A DNA stretch of 64,000 nucleotides from Clostridiales bacterium (GCA_019416935.1 DXWI01000003.1:60583-124582); one strand, 5' to 3'. Positions 8,529-18,168 are shown, counted from the first letter of the stretch. Program-made: numbers and translations. The notes: a model not told the origin generated them from the sequence alone.

Positions 8529-9344
8529 ATGCGCAGGCGAGTACGGTTAACCCCGTTTGGATATCTTGTTGTTGCGATTCTGGTTCTGCTGCTTTTGGGC
8601 GGGATCTATCTCATCATCCGTGGCATCGGCTCCGGTTCTTCGCCCGATGCTACGCCCACGCCGCCGCTCGTTCCCGGCGCGAGCATTTCGCCCGATCCGG
8701 CCGGCAGCGCAGCGCCCAGTCTCTCTCCCGACCCCACGATGAGCGTCGAGCCGAGCATGACGCCGAACGTGACGGCCCCGCCGACGAATTCGCCGACGCC
8801 GACGCCCACGAACTCGCCCGAGCCGGAGACCAGCCGCACGCCCTCGCCCGATGAGGTGAAGAACGCCAAGGATGGTAAACTCACCACCGGCGGCGTTGTG
8901 CTGCGCGCGGCGCCGAACACGGACGGAGAAATCCTCGGCAAGTATGTCGGCGGCACGAACCTGAAGGTCTATGCCGAATCCGGAGACTACTATCTTGTGC
9001 AGGTCGTCAAGGAAGAGAAATACGGCTACATGGCCAAGAAGTTTGTCGAGGTCAATACCGCCACGCCGGAGCCCATCACGACCTCCGTGCCCACCGGCGC
9101 CGTCGGCGGCACGGTGCGCTCGAGCGTCGTTGCCCTGCGCAGCTCGCCCGACCTGTCCGACAGCGGCAATAAGGTCGGCCAGGTGGAGCAGAACGAGCCG
9201 GTATATATCTACTTCAAGCACACCAACGCTGCGGGCGACACGTTTTATTATATCGAGGTCGCGCGCACGGGCAAAAAGGCCTACGCCTTTGCCGAATATA
9301 TCACCGCGGAGTCGAGCGTCCCCACCGGCACGCCCGCACCGTAA
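8529..9344 (+). CDS. membrane-anchored SH3b-domain protein with Pro/Thr/Ser-rich linker
   Basis: MRRRVRL followed by a TM helix. Then a PT-rich linker and two SH3b-like segments (VLRAAPNTDGEILGKY..., VALRSSPDLSDSGNKVGQV...). GGAGG lies 5 nt before ATG 8529. Confidence 0.7.
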   Translation: MRRRVRLTPFGYLVVAILVLLLLGGIYLIIRGIGSGSSPDATPTPPLVPGASISPDPAGSAAPSLSPDPTMSVEPSMTPNVTAPPTNSPTPTPTNSPEPETSRTPSPDEVKNAKDGKLTTGGVVLRAAPNTDGEILGKYVGGTNLKVYAESGDYYLVQVVKEEKYGYMAKKFVEVNTATPEPITTSVPTGAVGGTVRSSVVALRSSPDLSDSGNKVGQVEQNEPVYIYFKHTNAAGDTFYYIEVARTGKKAYAFAEYITAESSVPTGTPAP

Positions 9345-9359
9345 ACCGCTTGTTAACGG

Positions 9360-9396
9360 CAGGAGATGCGCTCACCGCGTCTCCTGCTTTGTTTTC
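9360..9396 (+). terminator. rho-independent terminator
   Basis: GCAGGAGATGCG / CGCGTCTCCTGC stem followed by TTTGTTTT. Confidence 0.6.
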
Positions 9397-9601
9397 GGTG
9401 TGTTTTGTCGCCCCTTGACGCTTGGATGCTGCCATTGCTTCCGTACCGCTGCTTAAAAAGCGGCGCGGTGCAGGCAACGAAGCAAAACGGCTGTGCGGCG
9501 CTCCGCCCGCTTTGGCCGCTTGTTGCTGTGCCGATCCGGGAACGCGCGGCTGCGCTCCCACCCATATCCTATGCCAACCAAACACATAAAGGAGGAACCA
9601 C

Positions 9602-10708
9602 ATGAAACGCCATTCTCTGCTCGCCTGTCTGCTCGCTGCCCTGCTGCTGATGGGCCTGCTCGGCTGCGGCACGCCCACAGCAGCGCCGGAGCCGACTGCC
9701 GCTTTGACCGCAGAACCAACCGCTGCGCCAACGGCGCCGCCCACGCCCGAACCGACACCCGAGCCGACAGCGTCGCCCGCGCCCGCACCAAAGATCATCA
9801 GCTTCTATTTTGACGAGCCGGATGCCTTTGTTGCCAGCCCGGACAATCCGCTCATGCTGGGCGTTGCCGATGACGACAGCGATGATTCCGGCATCCTTGT
9901 GAGCATAACGCCCAAGGACGATGCGGTGCTTTCCGCAACGCAGGCGGACGCCGGCGAAGCCGTTCTCCGAGCGTTTTGGGCTGCCTATCTGCTGCCGGAG
10001 GAGGCGGACGCGTTTACACAAAGCGCCGTGTTCACCATTTCGGAGTGCGAGCGCACCGCCATCGAGGAGGTCCCGGCGCTGCGGATTTGCTATACCGTGC
10101 AGTATCAGGACTTGCCCATGGACGTTTTGCAATACACGGTCGTTTCCGCCGACAGCAACTATACGTTTCTGTTCTGCGACGCTACGGCGGAGCACAGGTG
10201 GCGCGATGCATTCCTCGCGTCCGCCGCTACGATCGACCTATATTTTGAGGGCGAGACGCTCCCCATGGATACCAGTGGCCTCACGCGCTACCAGCACGAT
10301 ACGGGGCTGGCGCTGTACATGCAGGACGGCATGGTGGATGCCGGTGAAATCGAGGGTTTTGTCTGGTTCCTGTGCGACCCCAACGCGGGCGTTCCCGCGC
10401 TCTCCGTCGCGCGGGAGGATGCTGCGAATCTTGCCGTCATCAACGAAACCATGGAAACGCTGACACTGGAGGAATACGCCGCAATTTCCGCCGAGGCCTA
10501 CGGGCTCAACCCCTATGCACTCGATGATTACGGCAACCTGTACAATGTTTTCACCCGGGAGATCGACGGCGCAACGTATTGCTACTATGTGGTTGTCAAA
10601 AAGGGAACGGACGCTTTTTGGACCTGCAACTTTGCCTGTGCTGCTGCGGATTACGAGCAGTACCTGCCGCAGTTCATGGTGTGGGCCGGCTCGATCGAAA
10701 CGCCCTGA
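9602..10708 (+). CDS. hypothetical lipoprotein
   Basis: 368 aa. Signal peptide with lipobox LLGCG, then a PT/PE-rich linker. AAGGAGG RBS. Confidence 0.6.
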   Translation: MKRHSLLACLLAALLLMGLLGCGTPTAAPEPTAALTAEPTAAPTAPPTPEPTPEPTASPAPAPKIISFYFDEPDAFVASPDNPLMLGVADDDSDDSGILVSITPKDDAVLSATQADAGEAVLRAFWAAYLLPEEADAFTQSAVFTISECERTAIEEVPALRICYTVQYQDLPMDVLQYTVVSADSNYTFLFCDATAEHRWRDAFLASAATIDLYFEGETLPMDTSGLTRYQHDTGLALYMQDGMVDAGEIEGFVWFLCDPNAGVPALSVAREDAANLAVINETMETLTLEEYAAISAEAYGLNPYALDDYGNLYNVFTREIDGATYCYYVVVKKGTDAFWTCNFACAAADYEQYLPQFMVWAGSIETP

Positions 10709-10742
10709 CCGGTAGCCGTCAATCGAACAGAAAACAACCGAA

Positions 10743-10765
10743 GGCCCGTCCTGTTTGGACGGGCC
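10743..10765. terminator. hairpin between convergent genes
   Basis: GGCCCGTCC, 5-nt loop, GGACGGGCC. Confidence 0.45.
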
Positions 10766-10802
10766 CCTTCTATATAAAACGGCTATTATTCAAAAAATTG
10801 GT

Positions 10803-11450
10803 TCAGTCCTCGGCGGGCTCGAGCACGTCGAGCAGCGAATGGATGCGGCGGTTGGCCCGGGAGAGATCCTGTTTGCCGGAACCGGGGTTGACAAAGCCAT
10901 AGCAGTACAGCGATGCGGCAAGCGCCGCCTCCACGCCGATGCGGCTGTCCTCGATCGCCGCCGCATCCGCAGCCGGCACGCCGCAGCGCGAAAGCGCCAG
11001 CAGGTATACATCCGGCGCGGGCTTGAGCCGCGCCGCGTCGCTCCCCGTGACCACGGTCTCAAACCGGTCCATGATGCCGTAGAGTCTCAGCACGCCCTCG
11101 ACAAAGCTGCCGGGCGACGAGGTGGCCACCGCCATGCGCACGCCCCGCCGTTCGAGCGCATCCATGAGGCCGAGCAGCTCCGGCTGCGGGTTGGGAACCG
11201 CGCGCCGGATCTCCTCGAGCGTGCACGAAAAATGCTCCGCCGCGAGCTGAACGGGATCGCCCGCCGCGCCGCACATCTCCAGTGCGCGCCGGTACAGCTC
11301 CACGGTGGAAATGCCGACGGTATGCGCCTCCCTTGCGCCGATGCGCCCGCCGGAAATGCGGCGCACAATGCGCTCGCACGATGCGATATGGTGCGGCTCG
11401 CTGTTGACGATCACGCCGTCCATATCAAAGATCATGAGCGGTTTCAGCAT
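10803..11450 (-). CDS. HAD-IA family hydrolase
   Basis: 215 aa. MIFDMDGVIVNSE (DxDG motif I). The C-terminal EDS.IG motif is typical of the beta-phosphoglucomutase-like HAD subfamily. Confidence 0.8.
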   Translation of the reverse strand: MLKPLMIFDMDGVIVNSEPHHIASCERIVRRISGGRIGAREAHTVGISTVELYRRALEMCGAAGDPVQLAAEHFSCTLEEIRRAVPNPQPELLGLMDALERRGVRMAVATSSPGSFVEGVLRLYGIMDRFETVVTGSDAARLKPAPDVYLLALSRCGVPAADAAAIEDSRIGVEAALAASLYCYGFVNPGSGKQDLSRANRRIHSLLDVLEPAED

Positions 11451-11746
11451 GCCGTTCCGCCTCCGTGGCAGTCCTGCCGGCCGGTAGAAAGCGCGAACTG
11501 CCAGCGCTTGTCCTGCGCGGCCAGATCGACGAACAGGCCGACCAGCGGCAGCAGCAGCTCGTTCGGCATACGCTCGGCAAACTCCAGCAGGATGTACCCG
11601 CCGTCCGTGCGCTCGGTGAGCAGATCCCAGAGCGCATCGAGGTTGCTGCCGTAATGCTCCGCCAGATGAAAGCGCTCCTTCAGCTGCGCGTGCATATCGT
11701 CGCGCGTCTGCATGAGCAGGCCGTTGAGCGGATAGATGCGGATCAT
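11444..11746 (-). CDS. barstar (barnase inhibitor)
   Basis: 100 aa from ATG 11746. HYGSNLDALWDLLTE matches the barstar core YYGENLDALWDCLTG. GAGGAGG RBS lies inside the end of the RNase gene. Confidence 0.8.
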   Translation of the reverse strand: MIRIYPLNGLLMQTRDDMHAQLKERFHLAEHYGSNLDALWDLLTERTDGGYILLEFAERMPNELLLPLVGLFVDLAAQDKRWQFALSTGRQDCHGGGTAC

Positions 11747-11748
11747 GG

Positions 11749-12348
11749 TCAGTCCTCCTCGCCGTAGAGCAGCGTAAAGCTCTCGTAATGGTCGTCCGTG
11801 TAATAGATCAGACCGTCGTTGGAATACACGATGCGCTCCGCGCCGCGAAAGCCGCCGGCATAGTTCACATCGCATTCATACCACATGCGCCCGTCCGCCT
11901 CCGGCAGCAGCCCCTCGCGGTTGCTGAAGCGGTCGCCGCCGATGCTCATCTCATCGGTCACATCCCAGAGGTTGCCGTCCGCGCTGTCCCAGCCGAGCGC
12001 TCTGGCGTCTTCCTTTCGGATGAAGTTCGGCGGCAGCTCGCCATAGGCGTGCAAATAGGCGGCCACGCGATCCGGGTCGCTGCACCGCTCACCATAGGCC
12101 GGATCCTGTGCATCCCCGTCAGGGTCGCCATCCGCCGCACCGGCAGCAGCGGCAGCCTCCGCGCCGTTCGACGCGTCCTGTGCGGGCAGGGAACTGCTGC
12201 CGTCGTCCTCGAGCAGTTCTTCGAGTACATCGCCCGCCTGCCGCAGCAGCTCGGTATCGATGTCGCCGCCGGCCGTACAGGCCGTGAGCAGCGGCAGCGT
12301 CAACAGCAGCAGCGCCAGCAGCAGCGCCCAGATTCGTCTTTTCCTCAT
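11749..12348 (-). CDS. barnase-type (N1/T1 family) secreted ribonuclease, lipoprotein form
   Basis: 199 aa from ATG 12348. Signal peptide with lipobox LLTAC, then an acidic Ala/Asp linker. The C-terminal domain FSNREGLLPEADGRMWYECDVNYAGGFRGAERIVYSNDGLIYYTDDHYESF parallels barnase FSNREGKLPGKSGRTWREADINY..RILYSSDWLIYKTTDHYQTF. Confidence 0.85.
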   Translation of the reverse strand: MRKRRIWALLLALLLLTLPLLTACTAGGDIDTELLRQAGDVLEELLEDDGSSSLPAQDASNGAEAAAAAGAADGDPDGDAQDPAYGERCSDPDRVAAYLHAYGELPPNFIRKEDARALGWDSADGNLWDVTDEMSIGGDRFSNREGLLPEADGRMWYECDVNYAGGFRGAERIVYSNDGLIYYTDDHYESFTLLYGEED

Positions 12349-12628
12349 TCCGTTCCTTGCAGCTCCCTTCCGCCATCCTGAAAAACAGCAGGTGCATGCG
12401 GGGCGCTGGCAGCGCCCCTTTGCCTTCTGCATTGTACCATGCGCTTTCGGTTTTCACAAGCGGTGCGCACAGATTGGCGGGGGTTCAAAAAAGGGAGCGA
12501 TCGTCTGTCTGCCCCCCCAGTTATCGCCGCCCGCAGGCAGCGCTGGAGCAGAAATAGCGATCTGCCGTCCGCGCCGGATCGGCTGCGGGGTGTGCAGGCG
12601 CCCACGGTGGGCGTCGCTTTCTTCGCAG

Positions 12629-13357
12629 CTACCGTCCGCGCCGGATCGGCCGCGGGGTACTGCTGTTGGTGGCGTCGCCGTTGCCGGATACCGGGATGAC
12701 GCGGCCGAGATACGTCGGCTTTGGCTCGGCTACCGTATAGAAAAAGTCCTTGCAGCGCGCTGCAATCTCGCGCACGGTATAGATCGGCTGGCGCGCGTAC
12801 CCGCGCGCGTCCGACGCAACGCCGTATGCCTCCAGCCCCAGCTGGTCCGCAATATACAGCGCGCGGTAGAGGTGGTACCGCTGCGTGACGATGATAACGC
12901 GCTCGGCCAGAAACACATCCCGCGCGCGATAGACGCTCTCATAGGTGGAAAAGCCCGCGTGGTCGAGAAAGATATCCGACGAGGCCGCGCCGCGCTCCAT
13001 GGCATACGCTTTCATGGCGGTCACCTCGTCATAGTCGACGCGGCTGTGATCGCCGCTCATGAGCAGCCGGTCGGACGCCCCCGCCTCATACAGCCGGAGC
13101 GCATAATCCAGCCGGTCGGCCAGAATCGTGCTCGGGCGCCCGTTGCCGGAAAGGCCCGCGCCCAGCACGAGGATGCAGTCCGCATCCAGCCCAGCCGCCT
13201 GCTCCTCGGTCAAAATGCGCCCGCGTACCGACAGCACCATGTGCTCGTTGATGCAAAAAACCGCCGCCGCGCCAAGCAGCACGACCAGAAGCACGATTGC
13301 CAACGCGCGCTTTTTGCCGCCGCTCCCTTTGATTTGTGCCGTATTTTGCCGTTCCAT
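12629..13357 (-). CDS. SanA/YdcF (DUF218) family protein
   Basis: 242 aa from ATG 13357, with an N-terminal TM helix. CILVLGAG ... LLMSGDH ... EVTAMKAY are typical DUF218 blocks. The 456-aa track ORF is an artificial upstream extension. Confidence 0.75.
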   Translation of the reverse strand: MERQNTAQIKGSGGKKRALAIVLLVVLLGAAAVFCINEHMVLSVRGRILTEEQAAGLDADCILVLGAGLSGNGRPSTILADRLDYALRLYEAGASDRLLMSGDHSRVDYDEVTAMKAYAMERGAASSDIFLDHAGFSTYESVYRARDVFLAERVIIVTQRYHLYRALYIADQLGLEAYGVASDARGYARQPIYTVREIAARCKDFFYTVAEPKPTYLGRVIPVSGNGDATNSSTPRPIRRGR

Positions 13358-13581
13358 GCTTCCATGGTACGCGCGCGCAGCCGGCGGGTCAATGCGCTCC
13401 GCCGCTTGTTTACGGCGCGGCAACAACTTGTTTCCGGCGCGCAACAACTTGTTTGCAGCAAGTCCACATTGTGCATGCAACCGGTAAAAAGCAAGGGCGG
13501 GCATCGCTGCCCGCCGCTGATCCAACACAAAGCCACAAAATGCCGGCCGTTCCGGCCCCGCCGGTTCGGCTGCCCGCCGGC

Positions 13582-15090
13582 CTAGGCCGCAGACCCCGGC
13601 TTGCGGCGCGTTGACCCGGTTTTCTCCGCCGCTCCGGTCTGTTGCGCCGCCGGAGATGGCGCGGCTGCCGCAGGTGCGTTTGGCGGCGTCGTTTGCGCTG
13701 CCGGCGGTGCTGTCCGTCCCGCTGCGGTCGCCGCTCCGGCCTGCTGCGCCGCCGCATCCGCACACTCCTCCCGGAGCGTCGCATGGTGAAATCCCGCCGT
13801 GCTCGACGGCAGGAGCAGCGCGCGGGCGGTCAAAAACAGCAGCTTGAGATCGAGCAGCATCGAGCTGTTCTCGATATAGAGCAGATCCATCTTCAGCTTT
13901 TCCTCGTAGGAGGTGTTGTAGTGTCCGAAGATCTGCGCATAGCCGGTCAGTCCGGCCTTGACCTTCATCCGGTAACGGAACTCCGGCAGCAGCGCGCAAT
14001 AGTACTCGACGTTTTCAATCCGCTCCGCGCGCGGGCCGACCAGCGACATCTCGCCCCGCAGAATGTTGAAAAACTGCGGCAGCTCGTCGATGCGCGTGCG
14101 GCGCAGCACCCTGCCGACGGGCGTAATGCGCGGATCATTGTCCACGGTAAGCTGCGCTCCGTCCTTCTCCGCGTCCACGATCATGGAGCGGAACTTCACG
14201 AGCAGAAAGCGCTTGCAGTCCTTGGTATACCGCTCCTGCCGGTACAGCACCGGCCCGCCGTCATACGCCTTGACGGCAATAGCCGCCGCCAGCATGATTG
14301 GGCTCGTGAGCACGATGCCGATCACCGAGAAAAGGATGTCCATCAGCCGCTTGACGGCGCGCTGTCCCAGCGGCATCGCACGGTTGCGGCACAGGTATAC
14401 GAGCGAGTCTCCCACGAATGTTTCATGCGCGCCGTGAAACAGGATATCCTGCACGCTCGGAATCAAAAACAGCCGCTTATTGTGTACAAAGCAGGCGTCC
14501 ATAAGGCTGAGCCGGAGCGAAGGCTCCACATGGCCGACGATCACGGTCGAATATGGCGTGAGTTCCTCAAGCAGCCGTTCCACACCGTCCGAAGCATGAA
14601 ACACCGCAGTGATGCGATAGCGCTGGCGCACGGTTTCAAACCGCTGCAGCACCTGCTCTGCGCTCCTCTCCGTACCGACGACCACGGCGGCGTCACGCAC
14701 CTCCCGCAGCCGGTAGGAGAGCCGGTTGCCCAGCAGGAGCAGCAGTATCCCCGCCGCCCACTGTGCGATCACGAGCAGGCACATCGGGCCGGCACGCAGC
14801 ATGGATTTGGCCGTGAGCGCGAGCACCAGATAGGCCAGACAGTTCGTCAGCAGCGTTGCCAGTATAAACGAGAATACGAGTTCCCTGAGGCGCAGCACGC
14901 CGATGAGAAAACAGCGATAGGTATTGGAAAACAGCAGAAACAGCGCAAGGTACAGCGCGCCGAACGCCACAAAGCCCCAGAAATGGAAATCCGTCTCAGG
15001 ATAATACCGCACGGCGACGAACAGGAACGAGACAAGCACTGCCGCCGTCATCGCCGCCTTGATCAAAAAGAGTATGCTGCGTTTGAGCAT
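13582..15090 (-). CDS. polyprenyl-phosphate glycosyl-1-phosphate transferase (exopolysaccharide priming sugar transferase)
   Basis: TM-rich N-terminus. Bacterial sugar transferase core KRLMDILFS...PVLYRQERYTKDCKRFLLVKFRSM...DELPQFFNILRGEMSLVGPRA. Low-complexity Ala/Pro/Gln C-terminal tail. Start at ATG 15090 is favoured because the promoter at 15158-15186 overlaps the longer ORF. Confidence 0.8.
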   Translation of the reverse strand: MLKRSILFLIKAAMTAAVLVSFLFVAVRYYPETDFHFWGFVAFGALYLALFLLFSNTYRCFLIGVLRLRELVFSFILATLLTNCLAYLVLALTAKSMLRAGPMCLLVIAQWAAGILLLLLGNRLSYRLREVRDAAVVVGTERSAEQVLQRFETVRQRYRITAVFHASDGVERLLEELTPYSTVIVGHVEPSLRLSLMDACFVHNKRLFLIPSVQDILFHGAHETFVGDSLVYLCRNRAMPLGQRAVKRLMDILFSVIGIVLTSPIMLAAAIAVKAYDGGPVLYRQERYTKDCKRFLLVKFRSMIVDAEKDGAQLTVDNDPRITPVGRVLRRTRIDELPQFFNILRGEMSLVGPRAERIENVEYYCALLPEFRYRMKVKAGLTGYAQIFGHYNTSYEEKLKMDLLYIENSSMLLDLKLLFLTARALLLPSSTAGFHHATLREECADAAAQQAGAATAAGRTAPPAAQTTPPNAPAAAAPSPAAQQTGAAEKTGSTRRKPGSAA

Positions 15091-15157
15091 GCGTTTTGAA
15101 CCGGTTTCCAAAGCCCGCCTCCTGTCCGCACAACGTTCGGGTATGATAGCATGCATC

Positions 15158-15186
15158 ATTGTAACATGAGTCGTTTTTTGTGTCAA
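15158..15186 (-). promoter_or_regulatory. candidate sigma-A promoter of the sugar transferase gene
   Basis: Minus strand reads TTGACA (15186-15181), 17 nt, TACAAT (15163-15158). Confidence 0.55.
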
Positions 15187-15262
15187 ATCGGCGCGGCGCC
15201 GGCCGCAGCAATTCCGCAGCGAAACGCCCCGCCTTCGTCAAAAGCGCGCTGTTTCCCAATCC

Positions 15263-15291
15263 AAAAAGCCGTTTTATCGACGAAACGGCTT
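15263..15291 (-). terminator. rho-independent terminator (end of the murG/methyltransferase transcript)
   Basis: Minus strand reads AAGCCGTTT, 8-nt loop, AAACGGCTT, followed by TTTTGG. Confidence 0.55.
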
Positions 15292-15491
15292 GAATTTTCA
15301 GGAAAATTCGACTATACTTTTTGAAAGAAAACGATCCTCCGGATACGCTCGGTTTCATCACCGGCGCCGGATTGCGGGAATGCGCTGCTGCTCTGTGAAT
15401 CGCCGTCTATCCATCCCCCAGCGGCGGCACACGAGCACCATTGGATAAGACGCGTTCCCCCGCATAAGCCTGCTGCGCTCCCGCAGCAGAC

Positions 15492-16979
15492 TTATTTGTA
15501 TGCGCGCATGGGGCTTTGGATGTGTTTGCAGAAATACACGCGGGGCGTAAGCCCGCCCGCGTCGGTGCGAATGGAATCAGTGATTCCAAGCGCGCGCTGC
15601 GCCTTGAGGCACCGCTCGAGGAGCCGTCCCTCCATCGTATACAGCACGGCCACCCCGTCTGCCGCCAGCAGCGCCGGCAACCTTTCGATCAGGCCGCGAT
15701 ACAGCGCCTCGTTGCTCTCATGCGAGCCGACGCGGTTGCCAAACGGCAGATTGGCCACGATGAGATCGAACGGCTCGCGCGCCTCAAAGCGCAGGCAGTC
15801 CTTTTGCAGGATGGTCGCGCGGCAGTGCGCGGCCGCCGTGTTTTCCCGCGCGATGCGCACTGCGTTCGGCGCGATATCCGTGCCCATGAGCACCGCGCCG
15901 TCGAAAAGTCTGCCGGTCTCGATGAGCAGCGTGCCGCTGCCGCAGCACGGGTCATACACGCGCACGCGCGCATGCGCGCCGAAGCCGCAGCGCAGCTTGG
16001 CCGCACGGGCGATGGCCGCCGCCGTCACCGGATGGATGGACGCGGGCAGAGCGCCCTTTCGATAGGCAAAGCGCTGGTCGTTCACGGCGCATGGCTTGAC
16101 GAATACCCGCGCGGTCTGATCCGGCAGGCAGTCCACGCGCAGCTCCCACGCATAGCCGGAGGGGTTGTCCGTGCCGCCGACCGCGCGCACAAGGCTCCGG
16201 ATGAACGCGCCGCGGTCGCCCGCATACTGCCTGAGCTCCACGCGGTACGGCAGCGCCGGTTCCTCCCCCGGCGGGCAGAAGCACTGCCAGCCGCGCTTTG
16301 CCGCCGCGGCAATGGCTTCCGGCTCCAGCCGCGCTTCTCCGCACGGAATCAGCGCCTCAAGCAGGCACCGGCAGCGGTACAGTGCGCCGAGATCGCGTTC
16401 CACAACGCACACGCCGCCCAAAGCGGCCTCGCCATGCGCGCCGTGCGCGCGCAGCTCGTCGATGAGCACGTCCGCAAAGCCCACCGGCGGCACAAGCAGC
16501 AGCGGCGCAGGCTCCAACAGGCTGCGAATGGCTGCCGCAGGCTGCGGCGCAAGACGGCCGACCGCTTTTTTATATGCCGTCTGAATCTCGGCGCAGTGTT
16601 TTTCCTGCTCCGGCGATTCGGGCAGGGGCGGCGCATAAGCGGAAAGCGCATCCTCCGCGGCCCGACCGCCGATTGCGCCGAGCGCCAAAAGAATGGAGGG
16701 AACTACAAAGCGCGTCTCCTCGCGCGCGAGCGTCTCCGAAAGCGCCGGCACATCCGACTGCGTGCCGATGGCCGAGAGCAGGCGGGCGGCGTTCTTGCGC
16801 GCCTTTGGTTCGTCCGACCGGAGCGCCGCATGAACGCAAGCGGTATCGCAGGCGGCAAGCGCCTGCCGCGCCGCCTGCTTCTTAGAAAGCTCGCACAGCG
16901 CGGACAGCGCAGCGGCCGCGCCGCTCCAATCCGAGGTCAAGGCGGCCGTTTCCAGCCGCTGCATCCACTGCGCAATCAT
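15492..16979 (-). CDS. class I SAM-dependent methyltransferase (UPF0020/RlmL-like) with N-terminal HEAT-like repeats
   Basis: 495 aa. The C-terminal half has VYDPCCGSGTLLIE (SAM motif I) and IVANLPFG (N/D-PP-F/Y-type motif IV). The N-terminus DEPKARKNAARLLSAIGTQSDVPAL...ILLALGAIGGRAAEDAL looks like PBS-lyase/HEAT repeats. ATGA overlap with murG. Confidence 0.7.
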   Translation of the reverse strand: MIAQWMQRLETAALTSDWSGAAAALSALCELSKKQAARQALAACDTACVHAALRSDEPKARKNAARLLSAIGTQSDVPALSETLAREETRFVVPSILLALGAIGGRAAEDALSAYAPPLPESPEQEKHCAEIQTAYKKAVGRLAPQPAAAIRSLLEPAPLLLVPPVGFADVLIDELRAHGAHGEAALGGVCVVERDLGALYRCRCLLEALIPCGEARLEPEAIAAAAKRGWQCFCPPGEEPALPYRVELRQYAGDRGAFIRSLVRAVGGTDNPSGYAWELRVDCLPDQTARVFVKPCAVNDQRFAYRKGALPASIHPVTAAAIARAAKLRCGFGAHARVRVYDPCCGSGTLLIETGRLFDGAVLMGTDIAPNAVRIARENTAAAHCRATILQKDCLRFEAREPFDLIVANLPFGNRVGSHESNEALYRGLIERLPALLAADGVAVLYTMEGRLLERCLKAQRALGITDSIRTDAGGLTPRVYFCKHIQSPMRAYK

Positions 16980-18046
16980 TCCCGTTCCTCCGCGCCCGCG
17001 GCCCTGCGGATCTCGCGGAGCACCTCGTCGGTGCCATCGAGCAGTCCGTCCTGCATCATGTTGGCGCGGTATTCCATGCGGTTTTCAAACAGGTGCGCCA
17101 CCGCATCGGCCAGCGTGTCCGCCGTGGCGGTATCCTGATCGACCATGATGGCGTAGCCCTTCTTTTCAAAATACTTCGCGTTCTGAATCTGGTCGCCGCG
17201 GCTGGCCGACAGCGGCAGCGGCACGAGCACGGCGGGTTTGGCAAGCGCCAAAAACTCGAACACGGCGTTGGCCCCTGCGCGGGAGAGCACGATATCCGAC
17301 AGGGCAAGCAGATCCGGCAGCTCCTTCCCGATGTATTCATACTGCCGGTAGCCCTCGCGCGCCGCGCTTTCATCGACCTTGCCCCTGCCGCACAGGTGGA
17401 TGACGTCGAACACCGGCGTCAGCCGCGGCAGCGCCTCCCGCACGAGCTCATTGAGCCGCTGCGCGCCCGAGCTGCCGCCCATGATGAGCAGCACCGGCTT
17501 TTTGCCCTCGAGTCCCGTGAAGGCGAGCGCGCGCGCTTCATCGCCGTCGTACAGTTCCGGCCGGATGGGCGTACCCGTGTGCACCGCGCGCCTGCCGGTG
17601 ATGTGCTTTTCGGTATCCGAAAACGTGACGCAGACCGTGTCGGCAAACCGGCAGGCAATGCGGTTCGCCAATCCCGGCGTATAGTCCGACTCGTGCGCGA
17701 CGACCGGCGTTTTGCCCGCCGCCATCACGACCGGCACGGACACAAAGCCGCCCTTGCTGAAGATGACGTCCGGCTTGACGGCCCTGATGATGTGCTTGGC
17801 CTCCACCATGCCGGCGAGCACGCGGAACGGATCGGTAAAATTCTTCCATGAAAAATACCGGCGCAGCTTGCCAGAATCCACGGCATGATAGTCTACGCCC
17901 GGCAGCGCGCCGATCAGTTCGCGTTCGATGCCGGTCTTGGAACCGATGTAATCGATCTGCCAGCCCTCCTCCTGCAAACGCCGGATGAGCGCGATGTTCG
18001 GCGTCACATGTCCGGCCGTGCCGCCGCCGGTAAACAGAATGCGCAT
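16976..18046 (-). CDS. murG: undecaprenyldiphospho-muramoylpentapeptide beta-N-acetylglucosaminyltransferase
   Basis: 356 aa from ATG 18046 with a GGAGG RBS. MRILFTGGGTAGHVTPNIAL ... VAHESDYTPGLANR ... GGSSGAQRLN are classic MurG blocks. The 461-aa track ORF is an upstream extension. Confidence 0.9.
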   Translation of the reverse strand: MRILFTGGGTAGHVTPNIALIRRLQEEGWQIDYIGSKTGIERELIGALPGVDYHAVDSGKLRRYFSWKNFTDPFRVLAGMVEAKHIIRAVKPDVIFSKGGFVSVPVVMAAGKTPVVAHESDYTPGLANRIACRFADTVCVTFSDTEKHITGRRAVHTGTPIRPELYDGDEARALAFTGLEGKKPVLLIMGGSSGAQRLNELVREALPRLTPVFDVIHLCGRGKVDESAAREGYRQYEYIGKELPDLLALSDIVLSRAGANAVFEFLALAKPAVLVPLPLSASRGDQIQNAKYFEKKGYAIMVDQDTATADTLADAVAHLFENRMEYRANMMQDGLLDGTDEVLREIRRAAGAEERE

Positions 18047-18168
18047 ACAACCTCCATCATGAAGGGCGGTTTTGGGCCGCCCTTGTCTTTCTGTTTCTAT
18101 TATACGCCGTTTCGCTCCCGTTTTCTTGCAAAAAAGCGATATGGCGTTTGTTGTCCTGTCGATGGAGC

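Noticed and set aside
12629-13999. 456-aa version of the sanA-like ORF
   Set aside because: The upstream 214 codons are low-complexity Arg/Ala/Gly sequence overlapping the 3' end of the sugar-transferase gene in another frame. The DUF218 protein with its own TM helix starts at ATG 13357.
18063-18085. Hairpin AGGGCGG/CCGCCCT between the PBP stop and the murG start as a terminator
   Set aside because: On the transcribed (minus) strand it is not followed by a U-tract and it sits inside a probable operon. At most it is a weak attenuator or processing site.
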